Shown here: positions 1 to 12,756 of the stretch, piece by piece
Layout: each line of letters opens with the position of its first letter
Numbering within the stretch: the first letter of the stretch is position 1
The notes under the pieces: generated by a model
Databases searched by the model: none
What the model saw: the letters and a program-made list of their open reading frames with translations, nothing else
What the model was told of the DNA's origin: nothing
From: Octopus vulgaris
Lineage: Eukaryota
Direction of reading: 5' to 3'
NCBI GenBank assembly: GCA_951406725.2
Contig: OX597835.1
Span: 45,942,001 to 46,006,000 of the forward strand
Length of the DNA stretch: 64,000 nt
Translations under genes and position numbers: made by a program

Positions 1-976
1 CCTTGGAAGAAAGCATCGAATGTATACAAAACAAGGACGGAAAATGGACGATGTCACGTGAAAAAAATACAAAAATACGTAAAAACAATAATGATGATAA
101 GAATAAAAAACAGGACGTCACAGACAACCGTATTTTCGACAGGACGAGAAAAGTTTTGAGCTGGCGTTAGAAGAGAGCCTTAAAGCTACAGAGAGACAAA
201 CAAGTGTGTCTTGCCACAACAGCTGCTGGACGCGAAAGGACAGCAATCGGTGGCTAGTCACATGAGGGAAAGAGAGAGGAAAAAGAGGGACAGATGAAAA
301 GAGAAAGAAGGGGAACAAGGAACAAAGGAGGAGGAGAAGAAAGAGAGAGAAAGAGACAGATCAAGTGGAGTGCAAAGTGTGAAAGGCAGAGAAATGTAGG
401 AGAGAGGGAGAGAGACAGTGTTGTAGAGTCGTACCATGTGTTAAAGAATATATACTTACGTATAGGATCAAAAAGGGGGTACGTCCCCGCTTATGTACAT
501 ATGTAAAACTAAAAAAATACAAACTGGGACAAGAAGTGAAACTTTTAGAAGACGACACAAAAAACCCGGACGGGACATTCGAAGCCTTCAATTTTCAGTC
601 AAGAACCGGATCATCTTCGCAATTTCGGCTGATTAATCTTGAGATTGCTCCGACCTGGTCAGCCACAAAGGAAAATCTAAGCCAAGCGCATTAGATTTCT
701 TGGAAGAAAGCATCGAATGTATACAAAACAAGGACGGAAAACGGACGATGTTACACGAATAAAAATCCAAAAAATACGTAAAAACAATAATGATAATAAT
801 AACAACAAAAACAGGACGTTACAGACAAGCGTCTTTTCGACAGGACGAGTAAAGTTTTGAGCTGGCGTTAGAAGAAAGCCTTAGGGCTACAGAGAGACAA
901 ACAAGTGTGTCTTGCCACAACGGCTGCTGGACGTGAAAGGCCAGCAATCGGTGGCTAGTCACGTGAGGGAAAGAGA
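1..976. repeat. Partial tandem direct repeat (copy 1 at about 1-274, copy 2 at about 698-976), probably the terminal repeat of a retroelement (Penelope-like pseudo-LTR?)
   Basis: CTTGGAAGAAAGCATCGAATGTATACAAAACAAGGACGGAAA...CAGCAATCGGTGGCTAGTCAC recurs about 697 bp apart with scattered substitutions. The element class is inferred. Confidence 0.75.
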
Positions 977-1074
977 AAAGCCAAATAAATAAGAACAAAC
1001 CCTCCAAAAAACACTACACAAGTACGTGGTACATGTAAAGAATTAGCAGATGCTCAAGGAAGGATAGAAAGTTG

Positions 1075-1110
1075 GTTTAACGTTTCGTGCACTGCTCCTT
1101 TTCGGAAACA
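1075..1110 (-). ncRNA. Strongly degenerate hammerhead-like core
   Basis: Minus strand reads CCGAAAAG-GAGC-AGT-GCAC-GAAACGTTAAAC. The layout matches the motif at 42837, but the CUGANGA box is decayed. Confidence 0.25.
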
Positions 1111-1718
1111 GAAGAAAGTCCAATCCAAAGGAAGCCGGAGGAAGAAAATCGCGAACAATTCACATTTGGCTACACTTTGAAATGACCGGAAGTGGATGGG
1201 GAAGAAAAAGTTATTTCTAAGGCAGGAGAATGTAAAAGAAGGAGGTATGTGAATGTATGTGTGGGTATGTGTGCGCGCGCAAATCTGTGTGCGTGTAAAA
1301 TTGCACGTGTGTGTACATATGTGTGCGTGTATGTGTTGTGTGTGTGTGGTGTTTGTGTGTGGCTTTGGCTTTTTATATGTGTATGTGTGAGTGAATTTTG
1401 TGTCGCTTAATGTTGTAGGAAGAATTCCGTTGCGTGGTTGCAGGAGTGGCGGTTTTTTGTGTGGTTCTGTGTCTCTGCAAATGTGCGTAGAGGAATGGTC
1501 AGTAAAAAGGTATTTCACTGGCAGTTCAAAGTATGTCTGTGCATGTGTATGTATATGTTGTCTGTGTGTGTTTGAGTTATGTGTGCGTTCAAGCGTGTCT
1601 GTGTGTGTGTGTGGGTATGTGTGTATCTATATGTATGTATATATGTATATATATAATAATAATACTTTAATTGTTCCACGTGTTGTTGTTTTTTCTGTTT
1701 TCCCGTTTGGATTAACCT

Positions 1719-1765
<47 letters not shown>

Positions 1766-2726
1766 GTATATATGTATATATATATATGTGTGTATATGGA
1801 GAGAGAGAGAGAGCAGACAAGAGTGTATGTGTATATCTATTTGTGAATGAGTACCACGCTTAAAAATATGTAAAGTATTGTGTTCGATTGGTCGGACTAA
1901 ATCCCTTCGAGACGCTGCACTAAAATGGCCGCAGTCCAGTGATTGAAACAACGAAAAGACAAATAATAAATTGATGGGGACAGCGTCTTTCTTTGAACAG
2001 TTTCATTCTATTCAGATTATATCTTATACATTTTCTTTATCAATGCAGACATTTTTGGTAATGTCAGTCTTCCAGCTATTTAATGCACTAAGGTCGATGG
2101 TAACTTGTATTATTAAAAATAAAATAAAGTATTTTGTATTCAGTAAAAACCTCACGCCAGCTTTTCGTGTACACTTTAGTATTCTCTGTTGCATTTATGA
2201 CAACTATGCAGTGTCATTCATGATTTGAATAAATCTATAACGTTGATTCATGGAGTGAATTTTAAAACCGAATTGAAACTAAGGTGAGGAGTGAAACATT
2301 ATTATTTTATTCTATATTGTTTTCTTGTACCCCAAACTTCCGTGGGTGTAATTTTCTATATTTTATATTATACTACTAAAGTTTTATTTCGAATTTAGAA
2401 TTTTAAACGTTGTTCGTGACCAAATCAGTGTTGATAAATGTAAGCAGAGGGAAATGTTCCCTGGTATTTAACTAATTTTAGTCTGAGATATTCATTCAAA
2501 GTGTAGTTTTACTAACCCAATGCACAGTTTTGTTACTCTGCCAATTTGTCAGCTAATATAAACGATCAACAGAGAAGTGTTTATAATAAAAGAAAATAAG
2601 GAACGACAATATATGTGCTTTCAATTCTTGATACTTAATCAATATTAACCTTTCCTTCTCATTGTCTTAGTAATCTCATTTTAATATTCGCATGACAAAT
2701 CCTTTGTGTCAACCACTGGCGTGTAT

Positions 2727-3035
2727 GGGCATGTCCCTCAGCGGTCGGGGTATTCGGCTTACAGATATTCGACTCTCGGCGGTGCGTTCTGATCACGAGC
2801 AAAACGCTTTATTACATGTTGCTCCAGTTCACTCAGCTGGCAAAAATGAGTGGTACCTGTCATTCAAAGGGGCCAGCCTAGTCACATTCAGTGTCACGCT
2901 GAGTGACCTTGCGAATTACGTAAAGGGCACGCGCGTCTGTGGAGTACTGAGCCATATGCATGTTAATTTCACGAGCCAGCTGCTCCGTTGATTGGATCGA
3001 CTGGATCCCTCGTCGTCGAAACCGACGGAGGGCCA
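2727..3035 (+). mobile_element. tRNA-derived SINE, type-B 3' tail with CORE-like centre, degenerate
   Basis: Contains GTTGCTCCAGTTCACTCAGCTGGCAAAAATGAG, then the TTCAAAGGGGCCAGCC...CCCTCGTCGTCG..CCGACGGAG tail shared with the copies at 6586, 23775 and 52159. Confidence 0.75.
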
Positions 3036-3062
3036 GTTGAACATTGCATACACATATACTTA

Positions 3063-3323
3063 TTCTTTTACTCTTTTACTTGTTTCAGTCATGTGACTGT
3101 GACCATGCTAGAGCACCGCCTTAGTCGAGCAAATCTCCCCCAGGACTTATTCTTTGTAAGCCTAGCACTTATTCTATGGGTCGCTTTTGCGGAACCGCTA
3201 AGTTGCGAGGACGTAAACACACCAGCATCGGTTTTCAAGCGATGTAGGGGGGAAAACACAGACACACAACCATATACACACATACACACATACATACATA
3301 CATACATACATACATACATACAT

Positions 3324-3393
<70 letters not shown>

Positions 3394-3548
3394 GACGAGC
3401 TTCTTTCAGATTCCGTCTACAAAGGCTCACTCACAAGGTTTTGATCGGCCCGAGGCTATAGTAGAAGACACTTGCCCAAGGTGCCAAGCAGTGGGACTGA
3501 ACCTCGAACCATGTGGTTCGTAAGCAAGCTCCTTACCACACGGCCACG
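3063..3548 (-). mobile_element. tRNA-derived SINE type A, near full length, with internal microsatellite
   Basis: Reverse complement of the 3848 element: A-box/B-box head at about 3485-3548, central (TA)/(CATA) tract, and GACTGAAACAAGTAAAAGAGTAAAAG tail. Confidence 0.9.
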
Positions 3549-3847
3549 AGTGTGTGTGTGTGTCTCTGTGTGTGTGTGTGTGCGTGAGTGTGTCTGTGTG
3601 TGCGTGTATATGTGTGTCTGTGTGTAATCTGATGTACTTCATAGCCAGCTCTTCTGGGCATTCATTATGTGATATAAAGACAATATGAAGTCTCATAAAT
3701 ATCAAACGCAGAAATAATTTAAAGTTTTGCAGTGACCGACTTACAACACGGCAGACGCATCTGTCCACGTAAATCCACGACATTTATACAAAACTTCTAA
3801 TTATGTGACGTCTTTACTTTACGACTCTGTATAAATATATATGTATA

Positions 3848-4269
3848 GGCGCAGGAGTGGCTGTGTGGTAAGTAGCATGCTTACCAACCATATGGTTCCG
3901 GGTTCAGTCCAACTGCGTGGCACCTTGGGCAAGTGTCTTCTACTATAGCCTCGAGCCGACCAAAGCCTTGTGAGTGGATTTCGTAGACGGAAACTGAAAG
4001 AAACCCGTCGTATATATGTATTATATATATATATATATATGCGTGTGTGCGTGTATGTTTGTGTGTCTGTGTTTGTCCCCCTAGCATTGCTTGACAACCG
4101 ATGCTGGTGTGTTTATGTCCCCGTCACTTAGCGGTTCGGCAAAAAGAGACCGATAGAATAAGTACTGGGCTTACAAAAGAATAAGTCCCGGGGTCGAGTT
4201 GCTCGACTAAAAAGGCGGTGCTCCAGCATGGCCGCAGTCAAATGACTGAAACAAGTAAAAGAGTAAAGA

Positions 4270-4308
<39 letters not shown>

Positions 4309-4660
4309 CATGTCCCCGTCACTTAGCGGTTCGGCAAAAAGTGACCGATAGAATAAGTACTGGGCTTACAAAGAATAGCTCCCGGGGTCGAGTTGCTCGA
4401 CTAAAAAGGCGGTGCTCCAGCATGGCCGCAGTCAAATGACTGAAACAAGTAAAAGAGTAAAAGAGTATATATATATATATATATATATAAATACATGTCC
4501 CCGTCACTTAGCGGTTCGGCAAAAAGTGACCGATAGAATAAGTACTGGGCTTACAAAGAATAGGCTCCCGGGGTCGAGTTGCTCGACTAAAAAGGCGGTG
4601 CTCCAGCATGGCCGCAGTCAAATGACTGAAACAAGTAAAAGAGTAAAAGAGTAAAAGAGT
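3848..4660 (+). mobile_element. tRNA-derived SINE type A with triplicated 3' module
   Basis: GGCGCAGGAGTGGCTGTGTGGTAAG (A-box-like), GGTTCAGTCC (B-box-like) and CCTTGGGCAAGTGTCTT (CORE-like). The 3' module TGTCCCCGTCACTTAGCGG...AAACAAGTAAAAGAG occurs three times. Confidence 0.92.
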
Positions 4661-4921
4661 ATATGCGTATGAAATGTGTTCATGTATATATTCATATATC
4701 TCTATTCGTTTAGACACACTCACCTGCATACACCTAAATAGAGAGATAGACAGGTGTTTGAAAATAACTATATGTGTGTGTGTGTGTGTGTGCGTTTATG
4801 CGCTTGAATGTGTTTGTGTGCACGTGAATTTTACGTATTTTCGTTGAGATTCTTGCAGCTGTTTCGAAAAAATATAATCGCCAAATATATTATCAACGAC
4901 TTCATACTTTAGAACAATATT

Positions 4922-5167
4922 CGAGTAATTGTAAAAGCAATATTCACAGAGCATTGGAGAACTAAAATAGACACAGAATCACGTCACCTAAAGACAAGAC
5001 AAGCAAATGTAAACATCTGGCGGATAACTCATAAATCTAATAGCAAAAACACAAATTCGGACAGAATTGATTATGCACGATTCACTAAGAACTTGGCCAT
5101 GGCAACGTGGAAACAAGAAGTGATAACTACGATTTATGCAGATGATGGTCATATGAATTTGTTCTAA
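4922..5167 (+). pseudogene. Possible degenerate non-LTR retrotransposon AP-endonuclease remnant (L1/Tx1-like)
   Basis: One stop-free frame reads ...NVNIWRITHKSNSKNTNSDRIDYARFTKNL...IYADDGH, resembling the APE motif order DxWRxxH...SRIDY...SDH. Recognised by eye. Confidence 0.35.
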
Positions 5168-5342
5168 CTTTGATTATGTATTTGGAAACGATAGAACTTT
5201 AGATTTCGAAGCGAAGCTGCAAGGAGATCACGAGAAAATATTCCAAATCATTGAGGACACAGAAATAGAACACAAGGAGAAAGTTTTCTTTTCAAAGCAT
5301 ATCGAGATGTAAAGGAGTTTTTCCTATATACAATCAACATCC

Positions 5343-5881
5343 ACATACATACATACATACATACATACATACATACATACATACATACATACATACATAC
5401 ATACATACATGCATACATACATACATACAAACATGCATGCACACATACATGCATACATACATGCATGCATACATGCATACATGCATACATATAGACAGAC
5501 ATACATACATGCATACATGTATACATACATACATACATACATACATACACACATGCATACATACATACATACATACATACATGCATACATACATACATAC
5601 ATACATACATACATACATACATACATACATACATACATACACACATGCATACATACATACATACATACATACATGCATACATACATACATACATGCATAC
5701 ATACATGCATACATACAAGCATGTATGCACACATACATACATGCATACATACATACATACATACATACATGCATACATACATACATACATACATACATAC
5801 ATACATACATACATACATACATACATACATACATACATACATACATACATACATGCATACATACATGCATACATGCATACA

Positions 5882-5913
<32 letters not shown>

Positions 5914-6345
5914 CATACAATATACATACATGCATACAACATACATACATATATACATACATACATACATGCAAACATACAACATACAAACATACATATA
6001 TATACACACATACAATATACGTACATGCATACAACATACATGCATACATACATACACACATGCATACATACATATATACATACATACATACATACATACA
6101 TACATACATACATTCATACATACATACATGCATACATACATACATGCATACATACATGCATACATTCATAAACACATACACATACATACATACATACATA
6201 CATACACACATATACATACATATATACGTACATACATACACGCACATACATGTATGCATGCATACATACATACATACATACATACACACATACATACATA
6301 CATACATACATACATACATACATACATACATGCATACATACATAT
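5343..6345. repeat. About 1 kb imperfect (CATA)n/(CATG) tetranucleotide microsatellite
   Basis: Directly visible. It is the source of the long MYVC/HTYI ORFs. Confidence 0.98.
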
Positions 6346-6346
6346 A

Positions 6347-6540
6347 GGAGGGAATGCTGAAAAGTTACTGGCTGCAGGTGTATCACGTGGTCCAAACAGC
6401 AGAGTTATTTTGCAGTGTTTAGAAATAAATGAAGGACTGCAGCAATAAGCGTGTGAATGTGAGAGGGAATTATGTTGAAGAAAACTATAATTAATTGATT
6501 CTCCTGTATTTTCTTATACACAAAACCAGGAACTCCCCAC
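6347..6540 (+). mobile_element. Mariner-derived MITE / deletion derivative
   Basis: TA-flanked, with imperfect ends GGAGGGAATGCTGAAAAGTTACTGG ... CCAGGAACTCCCCAC. The internal AATAAGCGTGTGAATGTGAGAGGGAATTATGTTGAA encodes NKRVNVRGNYVE, like the mariner C-terminal KCVxxxGxYVE. Confidence 0.6.
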
Positions 6541-6585
6541 TATATGTATATATACATACATAATACATAATACATACATACATTA

Positions 6586-6910
6586 GGAGCACTCCCTCGG
6601 TTACGACGACGAGGGTCCCAGCTGATACGATCAACGGAACAGCTTGCTCGTGGAATTAACGTGCAAGTGACTGAGAAATCCACAGACACGTGTACCCCAA
6701 ACGTAGTTCTCAGGGAGATTCAGCGTGGCAGAGAGTGTGACAAGGCCGGCCCTTTGAAATACAGGTACAGCTCATTTTTGCCAGCTGAGTGGACTGGAGC
6801 AACGTGAAATAAAGTGCCTTGCTCAAGGACACCAGGCATCGCCGGGAATCGAACTCACGACCTTACAATCGTCAGTCGAATGCCCTAACCACTAAGCCAC
6901 GCGCCTTCAC
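6586..6910 (-). mobile_element. tRNA-derived CORE-like SINE with type-B tail, full length
   Basis: Minus strand: GTGGCTTAGTGGTTAGGGCATT (A box), GAGTTCGATTCCC (B box), TCCTTGAGCAAGGCACTTTATTTCACGTTGCTCCAGTCCACTCAGCTGGC core, then the shared B tail. Confidence 0.9.
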
Positions 6911-7226
6911 ACACATACATACATACATACATACATACATACGTACATGCATACATACATATATGTGTGTGTGTTTGTCTGCGTGTGTGAAACTAAAATG
7001 ACGAGAAAATAAGAAATTTTGTTGTGCACTTCATTAGCTTACAGCTGTTTCTGCTATAAAGTGCAATGCACTCATTGCTGAATATCTTGTCTACCATCCA
7101 AAACCTTCTTCGGAATTCCAAACGTGAATTCTAATTTTATTTGGGAAGTGGCTGCTCTGTACTCAACTGATGCTTTATTCTGAAGCGTATGTAACACCAA
7201 CTTATTAGCGCGCGCACACACACACA

Positions 7227-7305
7227 AGATGCCACGCAGTGGGACTGAACCCGGAACCATGTGGTTGGTTAGCAAGCTACTTACCACACAGCCACTCCTG
7301 CGCCT
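7227..7305 (-). mobile_element. SINE type A 5' head fragment
   Basis: Reverse complement of GGCGCAGGAGTGGCTGTGTGGTAAGTAGCTTGCT...GGTTCAGTCCCACTGCGTGGCA. Confidence 0.85.
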
Positions 7306-9147
7306 ATATATATGTGTGTGTATATATATGTATGTATGTATGTATCTATCTATCTATCTATATGTATGCATCTATGTGTTTGAAAATAGACTATGATTTT
7401 AGTCGCTGTATATGTTGATATGTATCCGTATGCCTGCAAGCGAAATCATGTTTGCCTGCACACGCTAGCGCATAATCTTACATACACAGTTGTAGATGTT
7501 CTGTCGGCGTGTTTGTACGCACAACTAAAGGTAATTATGCGTATACTTGAGTGCGTATATAAATATTCGTCAATATAATGTGTATATTTATGCAGATAGC
7601 TAAAGGAACGTATGTATATATTTGAACCCACCTATCCTGATGCAAATGCATAACCGCTGTATTCGAGTAAAGAGAAGCGGATGCATATGCATAGAGCCAC
7701 GCTGAATATCTATTAAGATATACACACATGTATGTATATGTATGTGCGTTTGAATCTAAGTACACACAAGCATATATGCGGATGCGTGTTCGGCAGTTGG
7801 TTGGATCATGCGTATATAAGAATACACAGTTATTTACAGAAATTAGAAATCGTTTATGCTCCCAAGCGCTCAGCTATCATCCATTCACCCAATGACACGC
7901 ACGCTTCTTACCTTACACAAACACATCAGCTCCTTCATTTACTAATCAACAATTAGTTAATCGCATTCAAACAAACCCCAGTTATTTCCAATTAATTGAA
8001 AGTATTCACGATCATGCTATTACCCTTTCCTTGTGTTTCAATACCATTGTCAATTATGCGTTTATCCTTATATCCATTTAACCATGAATCTATCCATCTG
8101 CTAAATCAATTCCAGTCAGCCACTCGACTCTCGTATACCCTTAATATGTGATTTTCAATTTCCTTATTTGGGTATACCCAATTCTCTACTGATTTCCTGA
8201 ACAACACCATATCTCTAATCTCACCACTCCAACCACCACAACACTGAAGCAATCTCCCGCCCCCTCAGCAATTCAGACACGCACCAATGGATGATCAGAT
8301 TGATATTGTTCTACTCGGGTGAATATTAATGCGTATGACCATAAGTATATAGCCACTACCACCAAAATATCAACTAGAATTTCTCCACTGGCACGCACCA
8401 TCATGCTTTCACCTTCAAACCTTACCTTTCGGCTTCATGTCCACACACACCAATAGCCACCTGTCCATTTTAATTAACAAATCAACAGATAGTTAATCGA
8501 ACCTTTTCAGCCCACAGTTTCAATTAATTTCAGTGTTCGCATTTGATCTTATAAATTATTTCGTTCCAATCCATTGTTATTCATAAATAAACCTTATGCC
8601 CGCATAATCAGGAATTTATTCAGCTAATAAACAATTTAGCACCAATCATATAACATCCTACAACCACTCAAACCATATCAACTTACTATCCTTCTACTTT
8701 TTTGAACTTCTTACAGGAGGAGAAAGAAATTTTAATCGACACTCTTAATGTGCGAAAATAAAATCTGCTCAGCTACTGCTTCAACTCGCCACCTACCATT
8801 CGTATAATAACCTTTCACTCTATCTTCCAGAACGAGACCCATTTATAAAAAAAAAACAAGAATTGAAAGTTGAAACTGATAAGCGAAAATAAACTGAAAT
8901 TTTCTCTTCCAAAAATAAGTATTTCCTTGTGGGTATTAATACAGTGAGTTCTTGGATGCGCGTAAAGCGTTCCCCGAATATTTCTTCCTCTGATATTTCC
9001 AAGCAATCTAAAATTCCCGTAATCTTCGACACTTTTGTCCGATGAGCGGACAGTTTATAAAACGGAAAGGCGAACCTCACACATCTATACGTATATGGAC
9101 GACATCATAGAGAATGTAAATAATATCATTCTTGAATGTAAGGCTTT

Positions 9148-9350
9148 GGGCTGGCAGAATCATTAGCGCACCGGTTAAAATACTAAGCAGAATTTCGTCC
9201 GTCCCCACGTTCTTATTTCGAATTACTCTGAGATCGACTTTGCCTTTCATCCTGTTGGGGTCGATGAAATAAGTACCAATTCAGCACTGGGGTTAATGCA
9301 ATCGACTTACCCCACTCCGCCCCAGAAATTATTGGTTTTGTCCCAAAGAA
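9148..9350 (+). mobile_element. SINE type C, degenerate
   Basis: GCTGGCAGAATCATTAGC head, then TCGACTTTGCCTTTCATCCTGTTGGGGTCGATGAAATAAGTACC centre. Confidence 0.8.
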
Positions 9351-11200
9351 ATATTATTCTCGAATATTTCCATTCATTGTATAATAGTATTATTAAAGGC
9401 TAAGATTGAACTCATGAACTATCACAGAATCTAAAATAAACGAAAGAACATTGTGTCAGATATTCCTCTGAAATATGGGATAAATATTATCACACTTTTG
9501 ACCTGCACTTTGACCAAACTATAACACCACATTAATTCGAAACTAAATTTTATTGGAGTAAATATCATGCATTACTAAATGTAATGTTGTGTCGAGCTAT
9601 TATAAATATCTTCAGCGCTTTCAGTATGTTTGTTCATCAGGAAATACCGATAGCAATAAGTGATATTATGAAGAATGAGACTATTGCATAGTGAATCTCG
9701 TGACCTTCTGTTATTTCTCGTAGAGCTCTGCCTAATTTATTTTGAAATCATTATATCGCTTCAACCCTGTTCTCTGGCAGGGCTAATATTTCACGAGGAC
9801 CAGCAAAAATATAAGTTTAAAATCTGTCATTTGTGAGGCCATTAATTTCGTAACGTTTAATTTTGACTGTAACCCATCGTTTGGCATGGACTGTTCTAGA
9901 TACAAATTATTTATCTTGGAATTTTGCCCGAGAAGAAGCCATAAAATGTTGTTATTAAAAAGGAAAGAGCGAAATATTTAGGTCAGACATTTATATCACT
10001 AGTTCCACCTGTTCTGTTAAATTCAATATAATTAATAAAACTGCCATCATTTTTGATGCCACAACAAGAGATGTGCACATACACAAACATAGAAGTACAC
10101 ACACACGTCTGTGTTTGTGTGTGTGTTTGTGAGCATATATATTATATATCTACATATTTACATACATAAATATATACATATACATAAACGTATGTATGTC
10201 CAGGTATATGTGTGTTCACAGAGACTGAAATGTAAATAGGTAAGTAAAAAACGAAATTTATACAATTAATTCGTTTAATGTTTGATTGATATAATAGGAT
10301 ATGAGGCAAATAAATGTCACCATGTGCCATTAAAAGCATATAAAATCACAAAATATATTTTTGCTTATGAAAGACGGACATACAAACGTGGCATAACAAT
10401 ATGTACATATCTTACTAACAAACAAACATGTAGGCAGAATATAACTAGTAAAGAGTTGACAACAACTCTCGAATGAATATTTTTGCTTGTTTGTTTATTT
10501 TGATTCAAACCAAATGTTTGCAATAAAACTATATAAGAGTGACACATTAACAGAAATAATAGTAAATTATAACGTTAATTGGATAAATTGATAGATAGAC
10601 GAATTGATACCACTCAGCAGAATTCAAAGTCAATTAAGTAAATAAAGTATTGCTTTCAACAGAAGAAATTTAGAGTTTATCAAGAGAAGTAAAGCTGAAT
10701 AGTGTTACTAGTACAATTAGGAACATATTTCAAACTTAGGTTACCTACCTACCTACCTACCTACCTACCCACCTACCTACATACATACATACATACCTAC
10801 CTACATACATACATACATACATACATGCATACATACATACATACATACATACATACATACATACATACATGCGTACATAGATAGATAGATGGATACATAC
10901 ATACATGCATGCATAGATAGATTCATATGCAACTTGTAATCTAAAAATCCCAGCGGCTGGTCCTCAGCTGCCAACGCTATGTGTACTTTCATACACCATC
11001 AGTCCATATGAGAGGTCCTCTCAAGTTTATCTTAAGGTATTCAATAGTCTGTGTTCTAACAGAACATGCACGTTAAGATGGAGATAAAAATTGTCTTTTG
11101 GTATTAATATTGCTTCTCACGCAACTGATTATGATATACATACATACATACATACATACATACATACATACATACATACATACATACATACATACATACA

Positions 11201-11287
<87 letters not shown>

Positions 11288-11340
11288 GTTTAAATATTTG
11301 TTGTGCAAGATTCTTTATGTGAAGTCGTGTGTTGAAACAG

Positions 11341-11397
11341 ATATTGTTATATTTCGGAATGGCTAAACTGGCAAAATGACCATTCCGAAATATAACA

Positions 11398-11401
<4 letters not shown>
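11341..11401. repeat. Perfect 22-bp inverted repeat with 17-nt spacer
   Basis: ATATTGTTATATTTCGGAATGG (11341-11362) and CCATTCCGAAATATAACAATAT (11380-11401). Confidence 0.95.
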
Positions 11402-11450
<49 letters not shown>

Positions 11451-11601
11451 GTGCGAAACAATTGTACCAAATTACCGGAGTCATTCTTGTTGCTTATTTT
11501 TGATTATAATCACCCCGCAAATTTTTATGGTTAACACTATACAAAATTCTGGTGCATCTAAATTAAGTACCATATTCATTTGAATCTAAATTGTTGCTGA
11601 A

Positions 11602-11650
<49 letters not shown>

Positions 11651-11739
11651 CTGTACATTTATAAGTAACAGCAACAGAAGCATTGTTGGTAATAAAATGC
11701 AATATTTATATCTCCAACATAATCCGCGTTAGGCTGGAT

Positions 11740-11826
11740 ATTATTTGAACTCAGAACGTCGTGACGAGCGAAATGCCGCTAAGCATTTCGTCCAGTGTGC
11801 TAATGGTTCTGCCAGCACTTCGCCTT
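11740..11826 (-). mobile_element. SINE type C 5' fragment
   Basis: ATTTGAACTCAGAACG...GAAATGCCGCTAAGCATTTCG...TTCTGCCAGC..TCGCCTT. Confidence 0.8.
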
Positions 11827-12412
11827 GATCCATAGTAATAATAATAATAACATATAATGAATCATGGCTCACGCTGAAGCCTTGAAATAACAACAATTGC
11901 ATTTTGCCAAGGCTTATGGAAGCTGCTAGGCAGCAGTGTCTTTATATAGTGAGGTGTTTTCATTATTGTTATTGTCTCTGTTTAACCACGCTATCAAAAA
12001 TCAGTCCAAAGCGGGCAACACTGATCACTGATCAAATTCTTTTAATCCACTGCAATCCAGCCTATTCTATGTCTAGCACCAGCATTATCTAAGGTGACAA
12101 TGCACATTAAGAAGATATGGGGAATTCCTATATGATTCGCCAGCTCTGCTACCAGTCTATAGAATATTTATAGTTTTGTATAATGGCTAATTTGTGCAGG
12201 CTTTCTAAAATGTATATCAAAAATAACCAACCTGTACTTAGGACTACGTCATTCAGTGTTTCTTTCAAATTCGTGGAAACAAGATGGACGACATGGAATG
12301 AAAATAAGACACAAGGAAAAGGAAATACAGACTGTTGCTTCGTAAGTATGGCGTCTCCATTACGTCAGCAGATTAGTGCACAGAGAGGGTAATAGCAAAC
12401 TGTGTAGAAGCC

Positions 12413-12460
<48 letters not shown>

Positions 12461-12542
12461 GTTGTGTGTGTGTGTGTGTCTGTACACATACATATCTATA
12501 TATACGCATACATACATACACACACACACATACATGCATACA

Positions 12543-12662
12543 CGGTTTCGGGTTCAGTCCCACTGCGTGGCTCTTCGGGCAAGTGTTGCCTGCTATAGCC
12601 TCGGGCGTTCAAACGCTTGTCAGTGGACTTGGTAGGCGGAAATTGAAAAAAACCCGTCGTAT
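12543..12662 (+). mobile_element. SINE type A 5' half
   Basis: GGGTTCAGTCCCACTGCGTGG...GGGCAAGTGT...ACCCGTCGTAT. Confidence 0.8.
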
Positions 12663-12756
12663 GTACCTATGTATATATATATAACACATACATACATATA
12701 TATATATATATAAAAATATGTATGTATGTATGTGTTGGTGTTTATAGATATTCTAT

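Noticed and set aside
4114-4660. Regularly spaced repeats as a CRISPR-like array
   Set aside because: The units are ~155-bp SINE modules with (TA)n linkers, not short repeats with unique spacers. There are no cas genes and the context is eukaryotic.
5135-5146. YADD motif suggesting reverse transcriptase
   Set aside because: No other RT motifs are nearby. The context fits an endonuclease C-terminus or chance better.
5248-6448. Long ORFs (244-339 aa) in all frames
   Set aside because: These are translations of (CATA)n, which lacks stop codons. The same applies to the YI/HT/CV/LSIY and poly-N/I/L/K ORFs throughout the window.
8160-8840. Minus-strand snippets resembling a Tc1 transposase (QEISRELGIPK; FEGESMMVRA)
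   Set aside because: They are short and in the wrong order for a transposase, with no TIRs found.
9608-9646. CTGATGA...GAAAGCGC on the minus strand (hammerhead-like)
   Set aside because: Stem II does not pair and there is no valid NUH site.
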